This document shows positions 12,291-29,035 of a DNA stretch of 64,000 nt, in pieces (position 1 is the first letter of the stretch; every line of letters starts with the position of its first letter). The position numbers and the translations under genes were made by a program. The DNA is taken from the NCBI RefSeq assembly GCF_009914755.1, contig NC_060925.1, one strand, 5' to 3'. The DNA is from the human T2T-CHM13v2.0 reference genome, Homo sapiens. The notes under the pieces were generated by a model that was not told where the DNA came from, ran no database searches, and saw nothing but the letters and a program-made list of their open reading frames with translations.

Positions 12291-14137
12291 TAACAGTATT
12301 ATTATTTAGCAAGTCTCTCATGAGAGCACTGCAGCTCAGAGAGAGGCGTGGCTCAATGCTCCACTTGGGATGCATGGATGCATTCCTGTGAGAGTGCCTG
12401 CATTCTCCGGGAGCAAGCATGATGAAGGGAAACGGCAGAGGAGGGAGAATGTCCAGGTAAAGGACAGACCTGTGTAGGAAATAGGGTATGGGGGGAATCA
12501 GTATGAGATGTGTGCAGAGAGCAGGAGAGATCTCAACTTCAGTGCTCAAACAATCTGTTGAGAAATCTGCGGGAGCCTGAGAAACTAACTATTGCTTTTA
12601 TCAGCAGGAAAACTAAGGCAGAGAGAAATGGACTTCAGGCCAGCCCTCAACTCCCTTGCTAAAGCTGGAAACAGGACAGGAGCCTCTTGTCTCTTTGAGT
12701 CCTGGCTGGTTCCCACGTGGCTGAACCACTCCTCTGGCCTTACTGAGCTGTGGCTCTTATCTGGTAGTGGCCATGTGGAACAAGGGTGCAAGTTGCTCCC
12801 TGCAGGATTCAGGCTAAACAAGGCCCTTACAATTGTATTGAAGAAAAGTTAACAATAGAGCATGGGGCTATAGAATGGAACTGTCAAGAGTGCCCAATCT
12901 AAACAGAGATGGGCCCTGGGTCTCGCTCCCTAATTCCCAGGCCATTATGCCTGGGAGCCCTTTGCCCTAAGAATATGGGCCACTCTCAGGCTGCATTAAA
13001 AGGAAAATAATGCCGAGGAAATGGGAGGATGCCTAACACTTGGGGCACTATGTTCGTTCTGGGGCCTTCGCTTCATGAGGACACTGATGACCAGGGGAGG
13101 AGAGTGAGCGAGAGGGTGGAGTCTGACCAGAAGTCCTGTGACAATGGTTGAGGGGACTGGAGACCACTGGGTTGGAGCAGAGAAGATTCAACCTGACTTT
13201 GGATACTCAAGGGACCTTCAGTAGAAAAAGAAATACCTGGCTGCTTCACTGGGTACTCACCGTGTGCTAAATGTTCTACACTGTGCTAAGGGCTTTTTGT
13301 GAATTATCCCCTTTCCTGGCCCAACGTCACCTGCTAGTAAGAGCATAAGCAAGGCTCCACGCTCACATCTTCCCAGAGGTCAATGGCTTAACCGCCAGCC
13401 TATGGTACTTGAACTTCTTTCGTGCGGACCCAGAGAACTGAGTTAGGACCCAAGACAGAAACTACACGTTTTAACCAATATTAACCAATAATAGGAAGAG
13501 ATTTCTAAGTCAGAGCTGTCTGCAAATGGATTGGATAGTCTTTTAAAGTAGTGTCCCAGAGGGTGTTCAAAAGAGGCTGCATGACTCTGGTCAGGTTAAG
13601 TACAAGTGCAAGGTTAATGGTAGAACCAGGGGTCAAACCGAGTTTTTCCACCCTGAGTTCAGGCAGTCCTGATCACAGGATGGATCCTGTGCTGGTGCGA
13701 TTGCCACTGTGTACTAGGTGTTTTCCCCTTGGCTCAGCTGAAACATGTTTAAGATATTTAAAAGGAGTTTTACTAAGTTCTGTGCCCCCTCTATTGTGGG
13801 AGTGTCAGAGCCCATCTGGGCCCGTTGCAGCATGTCTGGCCCTGTCTGAGAGGGCCCGCAGGGGCTGTGTTACCAGGCGGCTCCCAGGCGCCTTTTGGGA
13901 AAACAAAATGACCAGGTGTGTTAGGGCCAGCAGGCTTCCAGGGCCACTACTCAAAGGCAGCCAGGGGACTTTGGCTGCCCTTAAACTCTCTGTGCAGTGG
14001 GGGGCAAGCAGGCATCCAGACCGAATGGAACGAGGTGGGGTACTCAAGGAATATGGCATGTCTCACCCATATTCCCTCTCAGCTCAGCCTCTGGGGGACT
14101 GGGGCCAAGTCTCAGGGAACAGAGGAGTCTGTATTAA

Positions 14138-14591
<454 letters not shown>

Positions 14592-15198
14592 TGAAGAGCT
14601 GCGCTCCTGAGAGCCAGCCTAGGACACCAAACTCATGGAGAAGGGGCCCTGTGGAGCTGAGGTGCCCGTCCTTTGAGGGAGGGGTCTGCACCGGAAATGT
14701 AGGGCACAATGGGATCACGAGGGGCAAACAAAACAACCCCAAAGTTGAAGGATGGAAAAGCTGACAGAATATGGATTTCCTGCTTGACTAATGTCAGCCC
14801 ACAAATAGATGTGGCTGACGTCACTTACAGGAACCCCTTCCTTTTCCTTACCTCAGCCCCTCCAAGGAGGTGGGTGGGGGAGCGGGTGAGAATGAAGCCC
14901 CATGCCCTTAGGCATCCGCTGTAGGAAAGGAAGTCACTTCTCTCCTACACACCCAGCATGGCACTAACTGTCACTGTGTACCATCTTTGGCAGACTTGGG
15001 AAGGAATTCATTCCAGTGACAAAGGTCAGATAGTCCTCCCCAGTTAAAGAAGGAACCCTGGCATTTAACTGGGTCTCCCTAAGGCAAAAATCCTGGAGAC
15101 AAAAGACACTGGTGACTTCCCAGCAGAAGAGAGTGAAGGGAAACCCAGGTTTGGTGTAATGCAGCAAATAATTTGGAATAATTTGGGGGTTGACTTGA

Positions 15199-15564
<366 letters not shown>

Positions 15565-15729
15565 TAAGAGATATCAGCCATTACTTATAATAGCTAAGTC
15601 ATGTATAATTATTTAATATAAAAGTACGAAAAAAACTAGCCACGAATGAGCAGTTTAAGTGTCAAAGGGCACAAAAATACTGCCAATGAGGAAGAGGAAA
15701 GAACGGCTGAATACGAGATCACAGAACGA

Positions 15730-16320
15730 GAAAGCGGCCGCGGAGTGGGACTGGAGACTGTGAATCACGCAGGTGAAATCAGAATGGGATCCCACTCGAG
15801 ACAGGAGCCAGGAGCTAGCAGCAGCCCTGGAGCCGCCGGCCCAGCCCTGAAGCCGCTCCGGCTGTCGCCACAGCGAGAGGGAACCTGAACGCTCTGCTCC
15901 TCCACAGCGAGTCCCTGCAGGTGGGGACACCGCCCACCTGGCCCTCCCTGCGCCCCCTGGCGGAGCGAGCCTCGGCCTCTCCCGGGCCCCGGCCTCTCCA
16001 CGACCGCCTGGCCGCGCGGGAACCACCCGCGGACTCGCGGCCTCTCCCCACCGGACCCCGCAACACCGCGGGGACGCCCGGGAGGCTACTGAAGAGCCAG
16101 TGGAGCCTGCCTCGATCACACGTCCCCTGTGGAGCTCCACCTGCCCGCACGCCGGCTCGGGCGCTCCCATAAGCGGCCGGCCGCAGAGGGGCTCCAAGGG
16201 AGGCGCGCGCCCGCGAAGAAGCACTCCGGCCCCGCAAAGGCGCCCCGCGGCCCTGTCCACCAAGGCCACTGGCCGACGGGTCGGAAGAGAGCCCTTCAAG
16301 ACGGAACTTGCATTGCGCTT
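15730..16320. promoter_or_regulatory. Intronic CpG island
   Basis: About 600 bp of very GC-rich, non-repeat sequence with dense CpG (e.g. gcggccgcgg, ccgcgcggg, ggcgcgcgcccgcg) in an otherwise CpG-depleted window. Confidence 0.9.
15950..15963 (-). promoter_or_regulatory. CTCF consensus motif inside CpG island
   Basis: Plus gcgccccctggcgg = minus CCGCCAGGGGGCGC, matching the CTCF core CC(A/G)(C/G)(C/T)AG(A/G)(G/T)GGC(A/G)(C/G). Confidence 0.65.
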
Positions 16321-16577
16321 GTTAGAGAAAATTATGTGTAAAAACTGAGCCATTCAGCTTTACTTTCCACCCCGCGTTGATGTAAAACATGAGTTCCTAT
16401 GGAAGATGAGGGGCTTCGTCAAGTGTGTAAAAACAAATGCTACCTCTTTCCATTAAAAATTTATATATGTATATTCATTCTCATTGTTGAAAATACAATA
16501 AAAAGTAATAAAAAAATCACATGTAACGTCATAAGAAATCAACTTAATGTTTACATGTATGAAAATCACATGTACAC

Positions 16578-16840
<263 letters not shown>

Positions 16841-16968
16841 TTACATGTAACACAAAGAAATCAACTTAATGTTTCTATGTATTTTCCAGGTATTTCTGCA
16901 CCTATCTATAAATCGGTAATATCCTACATAATGGTATTTTGTACGCTCCTTTTTCAAATATTACATCA

Positions 16969-19620
<2,652 letters not shown>

Positions 19621-20971
19621 TTTTTTCTGTCTTAGCTATGTGGGCTCTGATGTGGCATGGGAGGTATATGTTTTCAGGGTAGGGAAAAGGCTCTCAGGCT
19701 GGTGTTGGAGTCTCAAGTCTGCTGGCTCTGTGGCCTGAGGCACATCGCTCAACCTCTCTGTGTCTCAACATCCTCATATACAGAATGCAGATACAGTCTC
19801 ATAGAACTATGGTATGGATTAAGTGAAACAATATATGGCTGATGCTACTGTTATTCTTGTTATACTCATAAAATTTTGCCTGTGGTTCCTTTAGGTTTTA
19901 AAAAAAATATTTCTCTGATTGCTAAAACTGAGTAATAGGGCTTTATTTTAAAATTCTCCTCTACATAGGACAACGCATCTGGCATGCTTTTACTAATCCC
20001 TTCTAGCCTTCTCCTCTCAAATTTTTAATCTGAGGATTTGCAACCCTCTAATTATTATTGAATTATTGCTTTAATTTCATACATCCACTCTTTCCAGAAT
20101 CTACTTTTTCCTTGACATTAGAATTTGGAGTTTTGCAACTACGCGTAAGTTTAGTCTTGATTTCATGTTTGCCTGTGTGAACCAATGTCTGCCTTTCTTT
20201 ACAACATTTCATTATTAAGATCTTAATTGTGATTCAGTCTTTGGTCAACTGGCAAACGAGTTCCCCCCAAAAGTAAACTCCAAGAATGACTTTTGTTCCC
20301 CTTTGGTTGCCTCATTCAAATGACAGGGTGGATCCAAATTTAAAATACTGTGGAACTGTTCTAATGACTCTGAATTTAGGGTTCCTGAGGGAGAGTCAGC
20401 TCTGGGATGCCTGTGTGCCTCTAGGATTGTTTCACCTTATGATTCAATAAATTTTCCAGAAAAAGAATGTATTGGGGTATGTCTAGGGGTGGCTCCTCCT
20501 GTCCCCCACATTCTAACTGGAAAAGAGGAATCCGTTTCGATCTGCCTACTCTGATCTACCATCCCCACACACAACATCCCCTTACCTAGGCCAATTCTGA
20601 AAATGTTTACTGTGCGTATATTTCTGATTATGCTTTTATCCAAATTATTATCATTTCTTCCTCTGAAATAACTCTAATTCTTAGATTTCACCTGGATCCT
20701 ATAGCCTCCAGTTCTGTCCTATTCATCCTTTCTCTTATCTCTTCTGCATTCTGAGAGAGCTTTAAATTTTTTAAGTTTGTCTCCACATTCCACATTTTTA
20801 AAAATGTAGTGCCATCAATGTGGATTTTCATTTTGCTAAAACAATTTTAGTTTTCTGGAACTCTGTGCTTATGTGAACCAGATACATTTTCATTTCACAT
20901 CTGCCCACTCTTCTCTATCATAAGGATCATATATATTCTGGCACCCTATTAGAGATGCCCAAGACTCTTCT

Positions 20972-21299
20972 TTCTTTTTCCTTTTTTTTTTTTTTTTTTG
21001 AGACAGGGTCTCACTCTGTCACCCAGGCTGGAGTGCAGTGGCGCAATCTCTGCTCGCTGCACTCTTGACCTCCCAGGTTAGGTGATCCCCCCACCTCAGC
21101 CTCCTGAGTCTACAGATGCACCACCACTCCCGGCTAATGTTTTTTTTGGTTTTTTTTTGTTTTGTTTTGTTTTGTTTTTGGCAGAGATGGGTTTTTGCTG
21201 TGTTGGTCAGGCTGGTCTCCAACTCCTGACCTCAAGCGATCCACCTGCTTTGACCTCCCAAAGTGTTGGGATTACAGGCGTGAGCCACTGTGCCTGGCC
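20972..21299 (-). mobile_element. Alu (AluJ-like) with 14-bp TSD
   Basis: TSD cccaagactcttct at 20958-20971 and 21301-21314; expanded T-rich middle linker. Confidence 0.93.
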
Positions 21300-21769
21300 A
21301 CCCAAGACTCTTCTAATGTTGCTTTTTGTTTTTCATAATTAAACATTTTTCAGGAATCTTCAGGATTATTTTCCTCTTCCTTAATGCTGCAGGTTTTTCT
21401 CAAAGGCCTCCAGCAGGATCCCTGTCGCCTCCCCACCTTCCCCCTCCCCAGCCATCTATCTCTCCGCCTGGCACCAGAAGGGGATCGCTACAGGCTGCTC
21501 CTTCCCTACAGGAGGCTAACTTCTCACTTCTCCAGCTAGAGGGCAGGGTTCCTGGGTCTAGCAGGCTTCATCCCATGTGGTAGGCTACTTTCCTATCCTC
21601 TCTAACTAGTCCTCTGATATCATAAACCAGTGGTTTGCAAACTTTTAAAATCATGAGCTCCTACCAATTAAAAATTTTTTGAGCATGCCCTCCTCCATTA
21701 TACATATATTTATTATAAATTACAGACATGTATTGCTCTCTATCCATTTATTAAATACTAGCCAGGCTT

Positions 21770-21772
<3 letters not shown>

Positions 21773-21822
<50 letters not shown>
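21773..21822. repeat. (AT)n microsatellite, ~25 units
   Basis: Uninterrupted atatat run, inside a hAT-like remnant starting cagtggtttgcaaactttt at ~21628. Confidence 0.97.
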
Positions 21823-21825
<3 letters not shown>

Positions 21826-21916
21826 GAAGTTCTGATCATTTCTCCCAATAGTCCCATGGATCACTGTGCGTGTGCCCCACATTGGAGGTTATAACTCAAA
21901 CCAAAGCAGTCCATGA

Positions 21917-22358
<442 letters not shown>

Positions 22359-23779
22359 ATTCCTACTGTTTTCTTGGAGTGGAAGTACCCCTTCTTGGAG
22401 GGGGTAGGAGGTTGTGGGAAGGAGATGGGAGGAGGAGGGAGCTGTGGTCTTGCTTCCTGCTGCTGGCAAGTGCAGGCCTGGGTGTCTGAGGCAGGGGCAG
22501 AAGAGAGTACAGCAAGGAAGCCTCTTTTTATCTCCTTACAATGGGAGTGGTGGCTCTCTTAATGAGAGAAAGAATGGGCCACAAATTGTTTTTCTCCTGC
22601 TTTAGGAGCCAGATCTCCAGAATAAAATTTCTCATTAAAATATCAGTATGCCAAAAGTTAACCAGCAAAATAAAAAACCTGTTGACAGACTGGAAGGCCT
22701 GGGACACTGAGACAGCCTGTTGCAGAATTTGGAGCCTCAGGAGGGACCAAAGTGAAGGGTCCAAAGGGTCCGAAGGGAATCCACTCAAGAGGACAGTAAG
22801 GTCATTTATAAAGCATGGCTGTGACAGCAAGGCTCACCCCACTTCATCAATGTTATGGGAGGCCTTGTTGCTCCTCCCAAGGAGATAAACATACAAAGGT
22901 GAGCTGGCAGGCCACTGCACTGCTCAAGGCACGCTAGGAAGGCTGGCTCTCCAACCTGCTGCCGCAGTGAGGACCCGGGGCCTCAGATGGTCTCTCCACC
23001 AGTAAAGCTGCTTGGCACTTGACAGTGTAAAATCAGGAGGTTCCTCCCTGAGGGAGGTGGGCAGGCAGCCAGGAGAATCCCAGAGAATGCAGAGTGCCAC
23101 AACTGTCAGGCCTCGGAACCCATGATGTAATGCCTCTCTGGGGGCCAAGGAAAACAAGCCCACTGTTGTCACTGCCCTCCCAGCAACCAGGCGCTGCCCT
23201 CCCCATGGCACGGCTGTTCTGCGTAATTATGATCCCACTTTCTCTCCTTGGGAGGAGGAAATATGAAAAACCTTTGTTGTCACATAAAAACCAACCCAAG
23301 ATATGAGAACTGTCTTTTAAAATACATCTTGCTGTAGAGAGATTTCCATAGCAACTTCAGAAGTGTGTGTATACAACTAGAGATAAGTCCAGGCTGATGA
23401 AAGCTACCTGGAATGTGAACAGGCTCTGGGCATCAGCAGCTGTGGATTTTTCTAGAACCTGTCATGCTGCTGTGTGACCCTGGGCAAGTCACTTACCCTC
23501 TCTGATGCCTAAGGTGATAGAATCATCATTAGATCAGGCTGAGAGAGATCAAGGCATCCTGTCCGCACTACCCTGGTCTGACGCTTCAGTTCCCCAAAGC
23601 TTCCCCTGCTTCCAGCTTCTGTCCAGTCTCTGGCTGAATAAGTCCTGGCTGAAGGCCTCTGCCAATCTTACTTATTATTTGACATTGGGAAACAGAATGA
23701 TCATTTAAGCTTGATTCTAAAAATAGTGCTTAGTCTTGGTAAGAGAAGTGCTTTGCCTGTTTAGGCAACAATATATTAA

Positions 23780-24148
23780 CAGGGCAGATTCCTGGGAAAC
23801 AGTCTGTGAGATGCTGAGATTTGGGGGTGGGAGTTTTACTGGGGCTGCTCTCAGGATCAATACCTCTGGGGTATAGAGGAAGTTCCCGGATGCAGTGGTA
23901 ACAGAGGCCTTAGGCGATCCCTCAGGGACCCTGGAGCCTGGCTGAGTGTCCTACTAGAAGCAAACGGGGTTAGGCCTTTGAACTCCCACACTGACAAATC
24001 CCCTCGGGAGCTTGCTGCCCCCAGGCAAGGGGTTTGACCTGAAGAGAGGGACTCAGTCACAACCCCAGCTAAGGGAAGGAGAGCCCGGGTCCTGGAGGGG
24101 GCATCTGTCCCCTTCATGTTGACATGAAGCAACATGTCATCCACTACA
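23780..24148 (-). mobile_element. LTR16-like ERVL solo LTR
   Basis: Minus-strand start TGTAGTGGATG (catccactaca, 24138-24148), and the motif ttcctgggaaacagtctgtgagatgctgagattt...ggagttttactgggg at the other end. Confidence 0.65.
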
Positions 24149-24563
24149 TGGATGTGTTTGAATTGGACATGAAGGCAGCCCAGGAGGCTAGTATGATAAC
24201 ATGGTCAAGACCATAGGCAGCAGAGGCAGAGAAAACAGCAAGACTGGGATTCACATGTTAGTCTCAGTGGCCTTAAGACTCTGAGATTGGGAAAGTTGCC
24301 AGTAGAGTAGAGGCCAAGATTTCCTCGTATGTGCAGGATTCAGCCTGGGTTGGTGACACACACATGGAAGTTCAGAGTCAGAAACCAGTTCAGATTTTGG
24401 CTCCACGCTTATTATTAATAGCTCTGTGACCTCGGGCCAGTTACTTTCTATCAGTTTCCTCAACTCTCCCATGAGCCTTCCTGTCCAATTCAAACACATC
24501 CATGTAGTGGATGACATGTTGCTTCACCCAAATGCCCCTCCAGGACCCGGGCTCTCCTTCCCT
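24072..24563. repeat. Inverted repeat: arms 24072-24176 and 24475-24563, 298-bp spacer
   Basis: Perfect 45-bp block (24125-24169 vs 24482-24526) plus perfect 29-bp block (24072-24100 vs 24535-24563). The ORF track shows shared peptides in opposite strands (MSSTTWMCLNW / HIHVVDDMLLH). Confidence 0.95.
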
Positions 24564-26152
24564 CAGGCAAGGTACCTCTCTCATAGATCTATTGTGAGGG
24601 CAAGCTGGGATGACATATGGATTTTACACAGAACTAGCACAGGGGTGCAACAATAACATCCACCATGCTTTAATACACCTCATGTTATACCTAAGTCTTT
24701 GGTCAAATGGCCTTTTCGCAAGAGAAGGGAACTTTCAGAGAATTTCCGATTTGCTCATTGTTCCTCTGTGCCTTGGTCTTAGCGGGGGCTTGTGACCCAT
24801 GTCTGCAGAGAGAGAGAGAGAGACCCAGTGGCCCACCAGGGACCAAACTAACCCAGCCTCAGCTTGGAAGCTATGGAAGGCCATGCAATATCAAATAAGG
24901 TGCATCATCTAAGTACTTTGCAAACTACATTCTTTAAAACAAGCTTATTTTCCAGTGAAAAATAGTCACCCCTTCTTGTGATAGGTTCAATAAACTACGA
25001 AACTCACTTGCAGGTACTTTGTTGCATGTTCAGCCATCTGAAATACATGCCAGAGAGCATCTGAGGAAGTGAAAGACTTCAAATAGCTTAAAGGGCTACG
25101 CAAATTCAATTACTATGTTAATAGACAACATGGCTTCCATCATTTAGAAAGGAAAACAGGAAGAGTATAGGCCCATGTATGGTACAAGTTGGGCTGTTCT
25201 AATTAAAAGAAGGCAGCACAAAATTCCCAAGAGTTATCAAGGGATCTGCACTATTATTATTAACTTTCACCATCATTGGATTGCAGTACATAGTGCATAT
25301 ATACACCTTGTTTGACTCTAACAATAAATCCTGTGTCCAGCTTTCAGATAAGAAAATTGAGGTCCAGAGAGGTGAAGCGACCAGCACAATGTTGCTCAGC
25401 TAACAGTACCATGAAGAGTTTGGGGTCGGAACCCAAGCACATGCTTTCTCCATTGGGGGAAGAGTGTCTGCTTACCGGAGAAGGCTCATGAAGCCCTGTG
25501 CAGTGTGGTCCCACTCAGAGCAGATGTTGCAATGTCAGCTGCTGAGTAATGGCGAGGTTCTGAATAGGTGAGCATGGTGTGTCCCTGGGGCTCTGTGTGT
25601 GAGAAAGGTCTTCCAACACTGCACTGGCTCTCAGAACCTGAACCTGCATCCTGGAGCCTGAACCCTTGTTCTGCGGCAGCAGAATGCCCTCTCAGTTTGA
25701 CCGTGTGTCTGTTGGCCAAAACGCTGAAAGAAATGTCTGCAAACAGAATGTCTCAAAAATAGGTAGGAGATACGATTCAAGGCACCCATGTAGGGTGTGT
25801 TGAGGCTAACTCCTCTCCAGACTTCTTTGTCTTGTTTGATCTCTGCTAGGACACTGGTGCATGGAAGATTTGGCAATATAATCGTAAGTGTTGACAAATT
25901 AAGGGCGACTACCAGGATTTGTGTAAATTACACAGGATGCTTCACCATACCTCCCAACATAATAAAAATAATCTATCTCAAGCAAACATAGCTTCATTCT
26001 ATCTCAAGTGATCCTCATTTTAAAATGAGGAAACTGTAGCCCAGAGAGGTTAAGTAACTTGCCCTAGGTCTCACAGCTACTTAGGAGCAGAATCACGGTT
26101 TCTAACCTAGATTTAGACTCCACATGTCAAATAGATTAAAATGAATATCCAG

Positions 26153-26437
26153 GGCTGGGTGCAGTGGCTCACGCCTGTAATCCCAGAATTTTGGGAGGCC
26201 AAGGTAGGAGGATCACTTGAAGCCAGGAGTTCAAGACCAGCCTGGCCAACATGGTGAAACCCCATCTCTACTAAAAACACAAAAATTAGCCTGGTATGGT
26301 GGCGCATGCCTGTAATCTCAGCTACATGGGAGGCTGAGGCAGGAGAATTGCTTGAACACAGGAGGCAGAGGTTGCAGTGAGCAGAGACTATGCCACTGCA
26401 CTCCAGCCTGGGCGAGAGAGCGAGACTCCATCTCAGA

Positions 26438-26472
<35 letters not shown>

Positions 26473-26473
26473 A
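26153..26473 (+). mobile_element. Alu (AluS-like) with (TAAA)n tail
   Basis: Full-length body; TSD-like aaaatgaa(t/a)atccagg on both sides. Confidence 0.95.
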
Positions 26474-26719
26474 ATGAAAATCCAGGACCCCTTGCAAGGA
26501 GAAGAGTCATTAAAGGCAGCTCGAGGGTGGTGGAAGGAGGTGGCTTCAGTCCTGCCCTTGAGCCTTGTTGATGGCTGTTCCAAGGAGTTGGCATTTTGTT
26601 CTACAGCCCTGGATCTCTGTCAGGCCACATCTCCCTTCTTTCCCATGAGTAGCTTCTCTGAATGACTCCCAACCACCAGCCTCCTAAAACAATGTTTCCC
26701 AAAGTATGTTCCATCAGTA

Positions 26720-26882
26720 CAGTGCTTCTCAAACTAAGGTGCATATGAATCACCAGGTGACCTTGTTAAATGCAAATTCTGATTCATTCATTCTGGGCTA
26801 AGGCCTGAGATTCTGGGAACTCTAACAAGTTCCCAGTGATGCCAGTGCTGCTGGTCTGTGAACCAAACTTTGAGTAGCAAGG
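26720..26882. mobile_element. MER5A-like hAT-Charlie element nested in another Charlie-type remnant (~26690-27080)
   Basis: cagtgcttctcaaact...gaatcacc...cttgttaaatgcaaattctgattc...ctaacaagttcccagtgatgc...actttgagtagca. Confidence 0.7.
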
Positions 26883-27275
26883 TACCAATAGTGCTTTATA
26901 ATAAAAAGGATTTGCAGGCAAATACAATTAAGAAAGGCTGAACCAAACAAAAATAAATGGTTTCATTACTTCAGGACTTCTCAGAGCCTTTAAAATGCTA
27001 ATAAGCATTATTAATACCCAAGAGGAGTAAGTTGCAATGTGTTATATGTGAGTTACTGATGTAACCAGAATGCTTTGATATATTGGTTTGCAAAGAAGGA
27101 ACAGAAAATCAGGAAAATTCTGTGCCTTTTTCCCACCTTACTTTGGTTCCAATGCTGCAATTCTAGCTCATACTGAACCCCAACTCAGCACTCCCCTCTT
27201 TCCCATTGTCTCCTTTCAGGTGTCTGGGTACATGCCTGTCTCCTCCATCAGACCACATACTTCCTGGCACCCCTA

Positions 27276-27782
<507 letters not shown>

Positions 27783-28021
27783 TGGCCAGGACCAGGAAGC
27801 CCACAGCAGGGTCCAGGCAGGACAGGTGGGGCAGGCTGGGGCAGGCTGCTGGGCTCAGGTCAGCCTGACCACCTCAGCATGCTCTTTAGGGGCCTTGCTA
27901 TGTGGCAAGAGCCCTGTATGTGGAGTAGGGAGAGCTGGATTCAGTCTACCTGGGAAGCCCTGGCTAAGACACTTTGACTCTCTTGGCCTCACTTTCCTCC
28001 TCTGCAAATCGCTGCCTGAGA

Positions 28022-29035
28022 TATAGTGATTTATAATAAGAAATAATGTACTTGGTCTTTATCCTGGTTTAGGCACAGTTCCCAAAACGCTCGGAATTTC
28101 CAAAGTGATAAGTGTCATTTGTATGCTAATGAGATGACTAGTGGCTGGGGTCGGTCGGGGTGGGGATCCAGGGTGGCCTCAGGATGGCGCTGGTTGCCAG
28201 GGGAACCAATCTGGTGATGAGAGGGTTGGAACTTTCAGCCCCACCCCACCACCTCCTGAGAAGGAAGAGGGGCCCGAAGGTTGAGTTGATCACCAATGGC
28301 CAATGATGTCATCAATTATGTCGGTGTAATGAAACCTCCACAAAATCCCAAAAAGACAGTGTTTTGTTTTGTTTTTTTAACTTTTATTTTAGGTTCAGGG
28401 GTACATGTGCAAGTTTGCTATATAGGTAAACTCGTGTTACAGAGATTTGTTGTGCAGATGATTTCGTCACCCAGGTACTATTGGGTACAGTACCCAATAG
28501 TTATTTTTTCTGATCCTCTCCCTCCCACTCTCCACCCTCAGTGTCTGTCGTTCCCCTCTTTGTGTTTCGATGAGCTTCCAGATAGCTGCACACATGGAGG
28601 TCCCTGGACACGTGGAGTGTTGCGTGCCCAGAGAGGGCATGGAAGCTCCACCCCTTCCCATGCGCCCTGCCCTTTGCTTCGCTCCCATATGGCTGCTCAT
28701 CTGAATCCTTTGTAAGGTCCTTTATAATAAACCAGTAAATGTGTTTCCCTGAGTTCTGTGAGCTGCTCTAGAAAATTAATGAAAACCTGAGAAGGGCGTC
28801 CTGGGAATCCCTGATTTATAGCCACTTGGTCAGAGGCTCAGATAAAACAACCTGGGGCTGGTGACTAGCATCGGAAGTCAGGTAAATGTGGTGGGACTGA
28901 GCCCTCAACCTGTGGGAGCCAACACTAACTCCAGGCGGACAATCAGGCTTGAGTTATATTGCAGGACACTCAGCCAGTGTCCATTGGAGAATTGCTTGGT
29001 GTGTGGGAACCACCCCCTCCTTTTTGCTGACCACA
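28022..29035 (+). mobile_element. MER21-like LTR, interrupted by an L1 fragment
   Basis: tttgtatgctaatgagatgact, gagggttggaactttcagcccc, gtttccctgagttctgtgagctgctctag, gtgggactgagccctcaacctgtggg are recalled MER21 motifs. Confidence 0.7.
28360..28566 (-). mobile_element. L1PA/L1PB 3'-end fragment
   Basis: ttttattttaggttcaggggtacatgtgcaagtttg...ataggtaaactcgtg...tcacccaggtact...ttttctgatcctctccctcc. Confidence 0.85.

Noticed and set aside
15655-16353. 232-aa and other overlapping ORFs in the CpG island
   Set aside because: Stop-codon scarcity in GC-rich DNA; Arg/Gly/Pro/Ala-rich with no family resemblance.
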